Origin: Longimicrobiales bacterium
GTDB taxonomy: Bacteria > Gemmatimonadota > Gemmatimonadetes > Longimicrobiales > Gaopeijiaceae
Assembly (NCBI GenBank): GCA_965219445.1
Contig: CBDCNQ010000005.1
Location: 1-64,000, forward strand
Length of the DNA: 64,000 nt
Direction of reading: 5' to 3'
In this document: positions 39,838 through 50,561 of the stretch, piece after piece
Layout: the number at the start of each line of letters is the position of its first letter
How positions within the stretch are numbered: position 1 is the first letter of the stretch
Notes under the pieces: model-generated
Databases searched by the model: none
What the model was told of the DNA's origin: nothing
The model's input: only the letters and a program-made list of their open reading frames with translations
Translations under genes and position numbers: made by a program

Positions 39838-40507
39838 TGCACATCAGACAACGGGGTGCATGTGCACCGAAACGCCATTTCCATGTGCGCGCCAGCGCTC
39901 CCGTATGTGGCTGCCTGTCTTACAGTTGCGGCACGGCCGCCGGAGCGGCGACGCCGCTCCGGAGCTTTCGGCCGAAGAAGGGAGCGACCCCCCGGATTCG
40001 ATGCCTCGATCGGCATCGCGGAGGGTTGGCATGTGCACACCCATGCCACCCTCCCACGGGGGTCGCTCCCCTCCAGCAATCCCTAGCGGGAAGGCCATCA
40101 AGCGCCGCTGCGAGCGCGGCGTATCAACGAATCCGGCCGCCGGTCGCGGCTTTTCACCAGCTAGGTGGCTCGGCAAGTCGTCCCAGTGAGGTCGGCGTCG
40201 GCGCTCGACCAAGCCCGAAACTGCCCCGAGGTGGTTGAGGTTGCCGCCGATGCGCGCGACCTGCCGGCCGCGTGCGCGCCATGGCCTGCCGGAGCGCGGG
40301 CGTCCAGGGGATCGAAGGGGGCGGAGCCACCCTCGCCAGCCCCTGCCGGGGACCCGCGAAGCGTGGCCCCAAAGGGTAGGCTGGCTCATGACTGCTAACG
40401 GGTCGTGAGCCAGCCTTCGCGCCCCCGCTCTTCAGCGCCTGACGGACTCGTCCGCCGACACTGCGAGCGCGGCGGATCAGCGAGCCGGTCCGGCCTCCGG
40501 GTCGCGA
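39838..40507 (+). repeat. Module copy with structured element (copy 3), mobC remnant and oriT-like motif
   Basis: Inverted near-identity to 13508-14177. Confidence 0.9.
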
Positions 40508-41709
40508 CTCTTGTCGGCCAGGTACGCCGCCCAGTCATCCATAAGTCGACGTCGTCGCTCGAACAGGTCCGTGCGCCGATAGGCCACCTCGACTTTGTTT
40601 TGGACCACATGCGCCAGCGCCGCTTCGATGACTTCGCGCGGATGATCCGTCTCTTCTGCCGCCCAGTCCCGAAAGCTTGAGCGGAAGCCGTGCGGCACGG
40701 CCGCGATCTTGCAGTTCCGGAGAAGCCGGCGCAGCCGCTTTTCGTAGAGCGGCTTGCCACCCCCACGGGTGAACACCAGCGAACTGCCGTCCCCGAGCTT
40801 GCGCGCCGCGCTGAGAATCTCTGTGGCGCGGCGGCACAGCGGCACCCGGTGCTCGCGCTGCGCCTTCATCCGCGTGGCGGGAATCGTCCACACGCCCTGC
40901 CTTCGATCGATCTGCGCCCACTCGGCCCCCCGGACCTCGCCCCACCTCGCCGCCGTCAGCACCACGAACTCAAACGCGAGCTTGACGACCGGCTGCGCCC
41001 CCGACCCCCGCACCGTCTCGATCGCCGACGCCACGTCGCGATGCGGCAAGGCCCGCATGTGTGTCACCACGTCGTTCTGCGCTCCGAGGATCGGCCCGAT
41101 TCGGTCGCATGGGTTGTCGGTCCTGAACTCCATCGCCACGGCCCATTCCAGCACCGTGCGGATACGTTGGTGCACGTGCCGGGCCGTGGGCGCCTTCACG
41201 TGCCAGATGGGTGTGAGGATCTCCAGCACGTCGGCGCTCGTCACCTCCGAGACCGCCATCTCGCCGATGCGCGGGAAGGCGTAGCGCCTGAGGCTCGAAA
41301 TCCACTCGCGGCTATGACCCGGACTGCGCCAACCGGCCCGCTTCTGTTCCATCACCCTCACGGCGGATTCCGCGAAGCTCGGCACGCCCTGCGTGCGGCG
41401 TTTCTCGGCGAGCGGGTCGCCGCCCGAGCGCGCGAGCTTGCGGTTGGCCAGCGCCTGCTCGCGGGCCTCGGCCAGCGAAATCAGCGCCACGCTGCCCAGT
41501 CCGAGCTCGCGATTGCGGCCCCGGATCGCGAGCCGCTGAATCCAGCTCCGCGTTCCCGTAGGCTGCACGTAGAGGTACAAGCCATTGCCGTCGCAATGTC
41601 TGCCGGGCGGGGCCGTGCGCACGAAGGCGGCCGACAACGCCTTGTCGGGATGGCGGCCCTTGGCCTTGGTTTTCCGAGGCGGGTTGGCCGAGTGCTTCAC
41701 ACTATTCAT
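40477..41709 (-). CDS. P4-family tyrosine integrase
   Basis: CDGNGLYL, TAARWGE, MKAQREHRVPL, PHGFRSSFRDW, LAH, AYRRTD. Confidence 0.95.
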   Translation of the reverse strand: MNSVKHSANPPRKTKAKGRHPDKALSAAFVRTAPPGRHCDGNGLYLYVQPTGTRSWIQRLAIRGRNRELGLGSVALISLAEAREQALANRKLARSGGDPLAEKRRTQGVPSFAESAVRVMEQKRAGWRSPGHSREWISSLRRYAFPRIGEMAVSEVTSADVLEILTPIWHVKAPTARHVHQRIRTVLEWAVAMEFRTDNPCDRIGPILGAQNDVVTHMRALPHRDVASAIETVRGSGAQPVVKLAFEFVVLTAARWGEVRGAEWAQIDRRQGVWTIPATRMKAQREHRVPLCRRATEILSAARKLGDGSSLVFTRGGGKPLYEKRLRRLLRNCKIAAVPHGFRSSFRDWAAEETDHPREVIEAALAHVVQNKVEVAYRRTDLFERRRRLMDDWAAYLADKSRDPEAGPAR

Positions 41710-41850
41710 TCCACAATAATATAGGGGATGCAAGCGGATATCAAGGGACGCTACGGGTGGCTCAGGGCGCTGTAGAACAGTCATAACCGTTTAGGATATA
41801 ACTGTTTATAGCACTTACTAGATCCCTACGGACATCGGCAGACTATGACT

Positions 41851-42484
41851 GGCTGCTGATGCCCGGTCGATGGCCTCCGACGACGATAGAACGTGGCTCG
41901 GGCGACCCTGAGCGCATCGCACGCGGGCTTTACCCCTACGTACGTGGCCAGCGCCTCGGCCGCCTTCACGAGTTCGTCCCGTCCTCGAGGCTCAATCCCA
42001 GCAGCCCTGCAACTTTTCCCTGGACGTCGATGATCAGGCGCGCCTTCTCGAGTTCCTTCTCTAGGCGAGTGTTCTCGCGCTCCAGCTTGCGCACTTTCCC
42101 CTCCAGCGGATTCCGTTCGCTCGGCTTTCGACCTCGTCTCTTCGACAGCGCTCTCAGCGACCCACTCCGCACCGCCTTGCGCCATGTCGTCAGGTGCGAC
42201 GAGTACAAGCCCTCGCGTCGCAGGAGTCGCCCTACCTCTCCCGGCTCCGTGCACCGGTCCGCTTCTTCGACGACCCGCAGCTTGTACGACGGACTAAACC
42301 GTCGGCGCGTCGGCTTATCTACCACCTCCGCGTCCGGAGCAGCTGCCGCGCTTCGCTTACCCTCCCAGGTTAGTGGGGCAATTCCATTCTCTTCCATTCT
42401 CTCTCGGTGTCCCAGCATCCTCGGTTTCTCTGCCTTCGCCCTACTCTAATTCTTTACTCGTTCCGTGTCTCACCTAAGTTGGCA
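41851..42484 (-). mobile_element. Truncated IS3-family element (orfA 41966-42418 and start of orfB)
   Basis: Close relative of 46222-46852; orfB stops after STGHQQP. Confidence 0.9.
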
Positions 42485-42655
42485 GAGAGGGTCATGGTGT
42501 GGGGTCACGTAACGGAATACGCTTGTTGGCGAAAGGGAGGTCTCGTAACCGAACGCCCTGCGAGATCCACTGGAATGTGCCTCATTGCGGCAACACAAGA
42601 AGTATCAGCCCACGGGTGTCCAGCTGGTCCGCTCTCACTCAGCAGGAGGATGACA

Positions 42656-42990
42656 TGACTGCTCCAGATCCGAACACCCAAGCTGGCCAACGCTTCCAAG
42701 AGAAGTTCGAGTTCTACTTGGTCGCGCTGGCCTTCACTATACTCGGATTGGCTGCGCAGACAGCAGAGTTCGGGACTTTGGTCTGGGCCGACTTGGCTGA
42801 GTTGGTAGCCTGGGCAGCGCTGCTCTTATCAGGATTGAAAGGGCTGGCTAGATTGGAGTGGATCTCGCACACTTACAAGCTATTTGGGATGAAGTCGGAG
42901 CAGCTAGGGGTTCTCACGCATCTGAAGCGCGATCCGAGCATTGGTGAGGTTGAGTTCGTGAATGAAACACTTTCGCGCTCAGATTGGTGT
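42656..42990 (+). pseudogene. Membrane protein, probably 3'-truncated
   Basis: AGGAGG RBS; EKFEFYLVAL plus two TMs; collides with the convergent gene. Confidence 0.5.
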
Positions 42991-43744
42991 AGAGCCCCTC
43001 GCCGGCACGGCCCATGATGTGAATCTCGCCAATAGAGGTAGAGCGCACGATGCGGCGCAGCCGGCTGTTGATATCGTCGGCCGACCATCCGGCCTCCTCG
43101 GCGGCGGCGGTGAAGCGCTCCACGAGCGTCGCCTGCACGATCATCTGCTGGCCGAGGATCTCCTCGAATATGGGCCTGATCTCGTCGAACTCACTGGTGT
43201 AAGTGTCGCTCAAGAGTTCCGGCATGTCGAACTCCGCCAGTACTGAGGTCATGACGGGCGAGGCGTAGGCGTTGCTCTGGCTTACTTGCTCCTCGAATGC
43301 GAGGGCGTTGCCGACCTGGACGATCCGCTGCCGGTCGACACCCGAGACGTCGGCGTACTTGTAGACCCTGTGGTCGATCTCCCGTACCTGCGCTTCCTGC
43401 GTCACGACGTCGTCGCTGTCCACGGAGGACGAGAGAAGGACGTGAAACACCGAGGCCTGCGGCTGCACGGCGGGATCGGGATCGAACCGGAACGGTGTCA
43501 GCGCACCGCCTTCATCCCGGACGTTGGTGACGTAGACGACGCCCTGCTCGTCGGTTATCCAGAACTCGTCGACCACCGTATTCGCGGCGATATCGTCGAG
43601 GGTCTCGATCAGGCGCGCCGCGTCATACCCGGCTGCCTCCGCCGCGGCAACGAGATGTGCGGTGATGCGCGCCTGCGCCGTCATCTGCAGGTCGATCATC
43701 GCGTCCAGCGCGTGCGCTACGTCCGCCAACGATATCTTGTCCAT
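42914..43744 (-). CDS. Protein with tandem Cache/PDC-like sensor domains, second repeat truncated
   Basis: QMTAQA...AAEAAGY..DEFWITD repeated as QMIVQA...AAEEAGW..GEIHIMG; RIVQVG motif. Confidence 0.55.
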   Translation of the reverse strand: MDKISLADVAHALDAMIDLQMTAQARITAHLVAAAEAAGYDAARLIETLDDIAANTVVDEFWITDEQGVVYVTNVRDEGGALTPFRFDPDPAVQPQASVFHVLLSSSVDSDDVVTQEAQVREIDHRVYKYADVSGVDRQRIVQVGNALAFEEQVSQSNAYASPVMTSVLAEFDMPELLSDTYTSEFDEIRPIFEEILGQQMIVQATLVERFTAAAEEAGWSADDINSRLRRIVRSTSIGEIHIMGRAGEGLYTNLSAKVFHSRTQPHQCSDRASDA

Positions 43745-44324
43745 ATCGATGCTGCGGCTTTCGTGAGCTATCCTCTTGGCTTACGAACAGGTTAAAGCAG
43801 CCCGCTTCTGACTTCCCAGCTCCAAGGAGGTGATATCGATACAGCTTATATACTCCAGGTGCGTGACTCCAGGTGACTCTTTACCATCCGGGCAATCTCG
43901 CGGGAGGCCACTGCCGTCGGACTGGACGGGCAGAGCCACTTGCGAAGGTTGGACAGCCGACTTCGCATCGGCGTTGGTGGGCTCAAGCACGCCTCAACAG
44001 CAACGTTACCTCCATGGCCAGGCCATCGCTACTCTGCCACCCTTCGACCCGTTGAGCTCGCAATCTCGACCAGTGCTTCTCCCTGGGCTCTTGGGGCTAT
44101 GACCCCATACTCCCAACTGATGGAGTCTCCGGCAAACCCCACGCCGTTCAGCCCGCTTACTTTCTGTTCCTAGTTTGGGGCTGGGACGTCACTACGTGGG
44201 TAGCCTCGGCTGGAATCATCGGTATCGCCATCGGTTTCGGCGCCAATGCACACGCGGACTCATTGGGCACTAGATCCCGACGACCTTCGGTGGGTCTACT
44301 TCCGCTCCCAAATTTCGCCTCCGC

Positions 44325-45107
44325 TCAGCAGAGCCTGAAGCGCCTTGGGGTTGGGTAACCGACCCGTATGGAGAATCCGAATCCGGCGTCGTTCGCCTCG
44401 ATGCCCGGGGGTGGCCGCGAGTCTCGACGCCAACTCCCAGAAACGACAAAATGGACCTGATCGGAAGCCGGAATCTCAACCTCCATGTCGACGGACACGC
44501 GATAGTCGCCGAGGTCCGACATCACCGGCTGATAGAAACCCGTGGTCAAGAGCCGGACGGCACCGGCTCCGCCGCATGCAGAAAGCAGATTCGCGCCCCT
44601 CAAGTCTGTCCGAGCCTCTCCGGACACCAAGAGCTCGTCTTCCAGCATGAGACCGACGCCGACGTCCAGACCACCATCTTCCAGCCGCACGACTTGCCGA
44701 CGAAGCCCGCCCCCGACCAGCAACCTGCGGTCGAGGTCGATCGACTGATCCGCCTGGATCTGAACGAACGCGTAGGTTCGCATCGCGTCTGAGAATACAT
44801 ATGAGTGCCTGACGTGCGCCGACCGCTCATGCACGACGTTCTTTTCCTCTGAGCGCTTGATCCGATAAGAGGGATAGAACCGGAGCCAGTGGCCCGGTGC
44901 AGGCACGCGGTATGACAAGCCTCCGGTTAAACGTAAATCCAGATAATCCGCATTGCCGGCTCCACCGTCCAACGAGAGCTCCGCCTGGATGAACAAACTA
45001 TCCACAGCGTTGCGGTCAAGACCTTCGTGGCTGCGAATCACTTGGGCACGAACTGATGATGTGAAAACAAGCGAGAGCACCACGAGGCACAACGGGACTT
45101 TGCTCAT
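44325..45107 (-). CDS. DUF481-like outer-membrane beta-barrel protein
   Basis: GGAGG RBS, signal peptide, GN.D motif, LDRRLLVGGGLR, amphipathic strands, DSRPP near the C-terminus. Confidence 0.7.
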   Translation of the reverse strand: MSKVPLCLVVLSLVFTSSVRAQVIRSHEGLDRNAVDSLFIQAELSLDGGAGNADYLDLRLTGGLSYRVPAPGHWLRFYPSYRIKRSEEKNVVHERSAHVRHSYVFSDAMRTYAFVQIQADQSIDLDRRLLVGGGLRRQVVRLEDGGLDVGVGLMLEDELLVSGEARTDLRGANLLSACGGAGAVRLLTTGFYQPVMSDLGDYRVSVDMEVEIPASDQVHFVVSGSWRRDSRPPPGIEANDAGFGFSIRVGYPTPRRFRLC

Positions 45108-45181
45108 AGGCCCTCCATCGGGGTGTTGATCTGCGGGGCTGTCGGTTTCAGTGCCCGACTAATATGCCGATCGAGCCAGAC

Positions 45182-45258
45182 GTGAACCCCGGGTTCGCGG
45201 GAGGCTCCATTCCTTGAGAGCCCGGGGTCATGGCAAGATCGCCGAGGTACTCCCCGGA
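45182..45258 (+). mobile_element. IS3-family left-end remnant
   Basis: TGAACCCCGGGTTCGCGGGAGGCTCC end followed by MARSPRYSPE, cut by the IS256 end. Confidence 0.5.
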
Positions 45259-47212
45259 GGGGTCAAGTCCCGAGTTGTGTGTAAAAAGAGGGCGGAACCT
45301 GTCAACGCCAGTGAGACACTCTTGGAAATCAATTAGAGAGCAATCTCCTGTGTCGTGAGGGATGGGGTGGGAGGATTGATCCAGACGGCCTCCGGGAGTG
45401 GTTTAGGCTTCGGCTCACCGGAGACGAAGCGCTCGGGATGAGCGGCCCATGCCTCACGGAGCACGGCCTTCCTGCAGGCGATGATCCGATCGGCGTGACC
45501 GAAGTGGACCTGTTCGGGGGTCAGCATCGAGATGCCGCCATGGCGGTGCTCGGCATTATACCAACGGAAGAACGAGCGACAGAAGGTCTTGGCTTGCCCC
45601 TGATCCCCGAACCGGCCGGGAAACGAGGGATGGTACTTCAAGGTCTTGAACTGAGCCTCGGAGAACGGATTGTCATCCGAGACCTGGGGTCGGCCCAACG
45701 AGCGGGTCACGCCGAGATCGGCGAGTAGTTGAGCCGTGCATTGGCTCGTCATCGGAGCCCCTCGATCGGAATGCAGGGTCAGGAGGTGGGGCTGGACGCC
45801 ATGCTTCAAGCAACTCTGCTGGATCAGCCGGCTGGCCAGGGCAGAGTTCTCCCGATCCGCCACCATCCATCCCACGACGTAGCGGCTGAAGATGTCCAGG
45901 ATCACGTAGAGGTAGAAGTAACTCCACTTCTTCGGCCCCAGCAGCCGGGTGATATCCCAGGACCAGACCTGGTTCGGGCCCCTCGCCATCAACTCGGGCT
46001 TCTGGTATTTGGGATGACTCCGCTGCGCTCGACGCTCCTGAACCGGCACCTGGGAAGCCAGAACGCGATACATCGTACGCTCGCTGCACAGGTAGACGTC
46101 CTCGTCGAGCAGCGTCGCCACCACCTCGGCTGGGGACCGGTCCACGAACCGCTCCGAACACAGGGTGTCGAAAATCTTGTCCCGCTCCCTCTCACTTAAG
46201 GCCCGGGCGGGGGTCGGGCGGGGCTGCTGATGCCCGGTCGATGCACTCCGACGACGGTAGAACGTGGCTCGCGGCACCCTGAGCGCATCGCACGCGGGCT
46301 TCACCCCTACGTGCTTGGCTAGCTCCTGGGTCGCCTTCATGAGTTCGTCCCGTCCTCGAGGCTCAATCCCAGCAGCCCTGCAACTTTTCCCTGGACGTCG
46401 ATGATCAAGTGCGCCTTCTGGAGCTCCTTCTCGAGGCGAGTGTTCTCGCGCTCCAGCTTGCGCACCTTCTCCTCCAGCGGATTGCGCTCGCGCTTACGGC
46501 CTCGTTTCTTCGACAGCGCTTTCAGGGACCCGCTATGCGCCGCCTTGCGCCATGTCGTCAGGTGCGACGAGTACAAGCCCTCCCGCCGTAGGAGTCGGCC
46601 AACCTCTCCGGGCTCCGTGCACCGGTCCGCTTCTTCGACGATCCGCAGCTTGTACGACGGAGCGAACCGCCGGCGCAGCGGCCTATCTACCACCTCCGAG
46701 TCCGCAGGAGCTGCCGCGCTTCGCTTACCGTCCCAGGTTGGTGGGGCTATTCCATTCTCTTTCATTCTCTCTCGGTGTCTCAGCATCCTCGGTTTCTCTG
46801 CCTTCGCCCTACTCTAATTCCTTAGCTGCTCCGTGTCTCACGTAAGTTGGCAGAGAGGGCTCCTCGACGCTTCGGTTAGGCTGCCTTGGCGAGCTCCTTG
46901 GGCTCGAGGAGTGAGAGGTCCAGGTAACGGCGCTCGCTCCAGACCGCAGTAGTCCTCAGAGCAACCGCGGTGATGAGGCGGAGTGCACTGGCTCGGTCGG
47001 GGAAGGCGCCGGCGCTCCGGATTCGACGCTTGATCTCGGTGTGCAGGCGCTCGAGGCTGTTCGTGGTGCGTAGCCTGGCCCAGTGGGGCTCGGGAAACGC
47101 GTAGAACTGGGTGGCGGCCGTGAAGCCCCGCTCGAGCACCGGGTTCGTGTGATGATGAACATTCACAAGGAGCTTCCTCTTTCTTTCCCGGGCCAACTCG
47201 GGACTTGACCCC
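45259..47212 (-). mobile_element. Internally deleted IS256-family element containing an IS3
   Basis: Perfect 19-bp IRs GGGGTCAAGTCCCGAGTTG (45259-45277, 47194-47212); transposase C-terminus FP..HW..LRTTNSLERL..EIKRR at 46876-47140. Confidence 0.85.
45300..46852 (-). mobile_element. IS3-family element (orfA 46337-46786, orfB 45333-46340)
   Basis: Imperfect IRs TGTCAACGCCAGTGAGACA / TGCCAACTTACGTGAGACA; WSWDIT, HSDRG, DNPFSE DDE motifs; exact ends uncertain by a few bp. Confidence 0.9.
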
Positions 47213-47299
47213 GACGACTCAAGTCACAACCCTGATTAGCCGACTACTGGTGTATATTTGAATAGGGCGTTAGGTGTATCTGTCCACTGGGAGGCCAAC

Positions 47300-47527
47300 A
47301 TGTCACTTGAAAAAGAGAAGGAGACCTATTTGGCCAAACTCTCCGAGCTAGAACAGGACGAGGGCAAGTATGTATTGATCCACGGGGCGGAGGTGGTTGA
47401 GGTTTTCGAGAGCTATGCTGATGCTCTCAGTTATGGGTACGACAAGTTTGGCTTGGAACCCTTCTTGGTCAAGCTGATCGAGGGCACAGAGCGAGTTCAA
47501 CTCGTCACGCGATTGATCACTGGGTAG
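47300..47527 (+). CDS. DUF5678-like small protein
   Basis: GGAGG RBS; GKYVLIHG.EVV..F.SY.DAL..GY..FG..PFLVK. Confidence 0.65.
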   Translation: MSLEKEKETYLAKLSELEQDEGKYVLIHGAEVVEVFESYADALSYGYDKFGLEPFLVKLIEGTERVQLVTRLITG

Positions 47528-47536
47528 GGTGCCCTA

Positions 47537-49244
47537 GTGGCGCACTTCACACTCACGATTGACCCGCTAGGAGGGCCGCTCCTAACGGCGTTCATCGCGG
47601 TCAGCGAACAACGTGCTGATGCACTAACTAAAGCCAACCAATCCGTACCTACGGCACAACAAGTTCGCGCACTAGTTGACACAGGTGCCAGCGCAACATG
47701 CGTTGATCCGCAAGTTCTTCAGAGCCTCCAGCTACAACCAACCGGAAGTACGCTCGTCCATACACCGTCATCAGGCCAACAGGGCGAGACGAAAGACCAG
47801 TATGACGTCGGGCTAATGATTGGAGTTAGCCCCTGACGGTGGACACCTATTCTCTTTAGAGAGAGGAGTCCACGATGCCAAGAACGAGACCGCCGTATTC
47901 GTTGGAGTTCCGCCAGCAGATGGTGGAGCTGGTCAAAGCAGGTCGCACGCCTGAGGAGCTGAGTCGGGAGTTTGAGCCCACAGCGCAGACGATCCACAAT
48001 TGGGTGAAGCAGACGGACCTCGACACGGGAGTCAGAAGCGACGGCCTGACGTCGTCAGAGCGCGAGGAGCTCCGCGAGCTTCGGCGTGAGAACAAGCGGC
48101 TTCGTGTCGAGCGGGAGATCCTAAAAAAAGCCGCGGCCTGGTTCGCTCAGGAGTCCGACTCGGTGCCCCCGAAGCGTTCGAGTTCGTGAGGGCCAACCAG
48201 GCCGAGTTCAGCGTGCAGATGATGTGCGAAGTCCTGAGCGTCTCGCCCAGCGGGTACTACGCATGGAGAAAGCGTCCTCCATCGCATCGCGCGGTCGAGA
48301 ACGAGCGACTGCTAGGTCGGATGCGTGAGATCCACACGTTCAGCCGTGAGACGTATGGCCAGCCACGGATGTACGCCGAGCTCAGGGACGACGGCTGGCA
48401 GGTCAACCACAAGCGGGTGCGTCGTCTGATGAGGCTGGCAGGACTACAAGGCGCTACGCGGCGAAGGAAGTGGCGCACGACGAAGCGAAACAGAGATGCT
48501 CGACCTGCCCCCGATCTCGTCGCGCGCGACTTCAGTGTGCACGGCCCGGACCAGCTCTGGGTTGCCGACATCACCTACGTGCCGACCTGGAGCGGCTTCT
48601 TGTACCTGTCAGTCGTCGTCGATGCGTGGAGCCGCCATGTGGTCGGATGGTCGATGAAGACGCATCTCAAGACCGATCTCGTGCTCGACGCGCTGAACAT
48701 GGCGCTGCAGCAACGACGACCGAACGGTGTCATCCATCATAGCGATCAGGGTACCCAGTACACCTCGATCGCCTTCGGCCTACGCTGCAAAGAGGCCAGC
48801 GTCCGACCCTCGATGGGCTCGGTCGGCGACGCGTACGATAACGCGATGTGCGAGAGCTTCTTCGCCACGCTCGAGACCGAACTCATCGAACGAAAGAGCT
48901 TCCGCAATCAGGCCGAGGCCAGGATGGCCGTGTTCGACTTCATCGAAGCCTGGTACAATCCCCACCGACGGCACTCTGCCCTCGGCCAATTGTCTCCTCT
49001 TAACTACGAAAAGGAACACGCCCCCGCCGCGTGAATCTCTAGTCCAAAACCGTCCACCGTGCGGGGCCAACTCCAGATTCCAGGAATTCACCAGACGCAC
49101 CCCCCACTCGTCAGGCGCACCATACCCGTCATCTCTTCTGATCTGTCACTGCAAGGAATTGACGCGCTGATAGGTAGGGATGTCCTCGGAGAATGCATCC
49201 TGATCTACAATGGCAGGGATAAGTTCTTCACTCTCGCGTTTTAG
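47537..49244 (+). pseudogene. Retropepsin-like aspartic protease interrupted by IS3
   Basis: ALVDTGA before the IS and ALIGRDVL after it; reads ...DVGLMIPGIH... once the IS and one GAT are removed. Confidence 0.9.
47821..49075 (+). mobile_element. Intact IS3-family element (orfA 47875-48189, orfB 48186-49034)
   Basis: TG...CA imperfect IRs, 3-bp target duplication GAT, A7 slippery tract near 48123, WVADIT/HSDQG/DNAMCES. Confidence 0.95.
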
Positions 49245-49291
49245 ATAGGCCCATCCCCCCATCCCCACGCCCGATCATCGGCCGTAGCTTC

Positions 49292-49317
49292 GGTCAAGTC
49301 CCGAGTTGTGTGTAAAA
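49292..49317. repeat. Orphan IS256-type end
   Basis: GGTCAAGTCCCGAGTTGTGTGTAAAA identical to 45261-45286. Confidence 0.8.
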
Positions 49318-49631
49318 GTGAGTTCCTCCTCCCCCGCTTCCCCGATCGCCGCCTCGAGCTCGTCCGCGCACGTCTGGAATGCCGCGGCTACCCCCGGAGC
49401 GAACGTCATGCACGGGGATCGCACGTAGCTCAGTCGCAAACAGCCCCCGGTATGGGTGCCAGCGGCCTCCTGACAGTTTCGGGACTCAGTTTTGGGCTGC
49501 GAATTGGCCATATGTACCACGTCTCCGGGATCCGCTCGAGGCGTGTTGACTGGCCCCCGAGGGTGGTCCAAATTTCTCGCGTAATACCGCGTATTTGAGG
49601 CTATCGCGGCCAAGCTCTGCTAGGGGGTCAT

Positions 49632-50561
49632 ATGCCGGTCATCAAGGTCTTTTACTCATGGCAGTCGGACTCGCCCCCTGAGACTGGCAAAGCCCTAGTC
49701 CGCGCTGCCCTTGGAGAAGCTGTCCGTCGGCTCATGGTAGACGCCACAGTTGAGCTGCGGCCGGAGATCGACGAGGACACCACTGGAATACCGGGATCTC
49801 CGAACATCGTACAGCAGATTCTCCGCAAGATCGACGGCTCAGGTGTGTTCGTCGCTGATACGACGTTGACCTACGAACGAGGACAGGAGGACGGCAGGCG
49901 GGCACCAAATCCGAACGTCTTGCTGGAGCTGGGCTACGCCCTGAAGCGGCTCGGCTGGGAAAGGGTCCTTCAGGTGATCAACACCGCGTATGGGAATCCA
50001 GAGGCGCTACCCTTTGACCTCCGGGGGCATCGAGCGGTGACCTATGATGCGGCCGACGGCTCCAAAGCCTCGGCTCAAGAAGGCCTCATCCACGACCTAG
50101 AGGAGAACCTCCGCCTCATTCTGTCGGAACTTGGGCTCCCCGGCGACTTGGCGGCGCCGGTGCGACTCGAGCTCGGATACCGCAACCGAAGAATCACGTC
50201 GGCCCGTCATGTGTACAGGCTCTCCGTAACAGCCACGAACACTGGCAGTGACGTCATCGAGGGCTGGGCGGTCGAGATCCGACTCCCCCGGGACGTTCTC
50301 GAGCCGACTCTGAACTATCCGAATATCGAAGCCTCTTCGTCTCGAGACGAGGTGGTGATGCGCTGGACAGAACTGGAGCACAGCGGCCCAATCTATCCGG
50401 ACGACACCAGAGAGGTGATCGGGTTGGATTACTTCATGGACCACGATCTTCACCGTCGGAGCTTGCACCTGTTTCCACAACCGGTCCGTGCAACGTTCTT
50501 CATCGGGGGAAGCAGAGTCGCCTTCGTTGAAAAACTCTTCCGCGAGCTGCAGATCTTCTAA
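49632..50561 (+). CDS. TIR / nucleoside-deoxyribosyltransferase-like N-terminal domain plus beta-rich C-terminal domain
   Basis: VFYSWQSD, GSPNI..IL.KI, FVADTT, PNPNVLLELGYA, LPFDL. Confidence 0.7.
   Translation: MPVIKVFYSWQSDSPPETGKALVRAALGEAVRRLMVDATVELRPEIDEDTTGIPGSPNIVQQILRKIDGSGVFVADTTLTYERGQEDGRRAPNPNVLLELGYALKRLGWERVLQVINTAYGNPEALPFDLRGHRAVTYDAADGSKASAQEGLIHDLEENLRLILSELGLPGDLAAPVRLELGYRNRRITSARHVYRLSVTATNTGSDVIEGWAVEIRLPRDVLEPTLNYPNIEASSSRDEVVMRWTELEHSGPIYPDDTREVIGLDYFMDHDLHRRSLHLFPQPVRATFFIGGSRVAFVEKLFRELQIF

Noticed and set aside
43800..44320. Possible gene or ncRNA between the sensor-like and beta-barrel genes
   Set aside because: Only short interrupted frames and weak repeats; nothing supportable.
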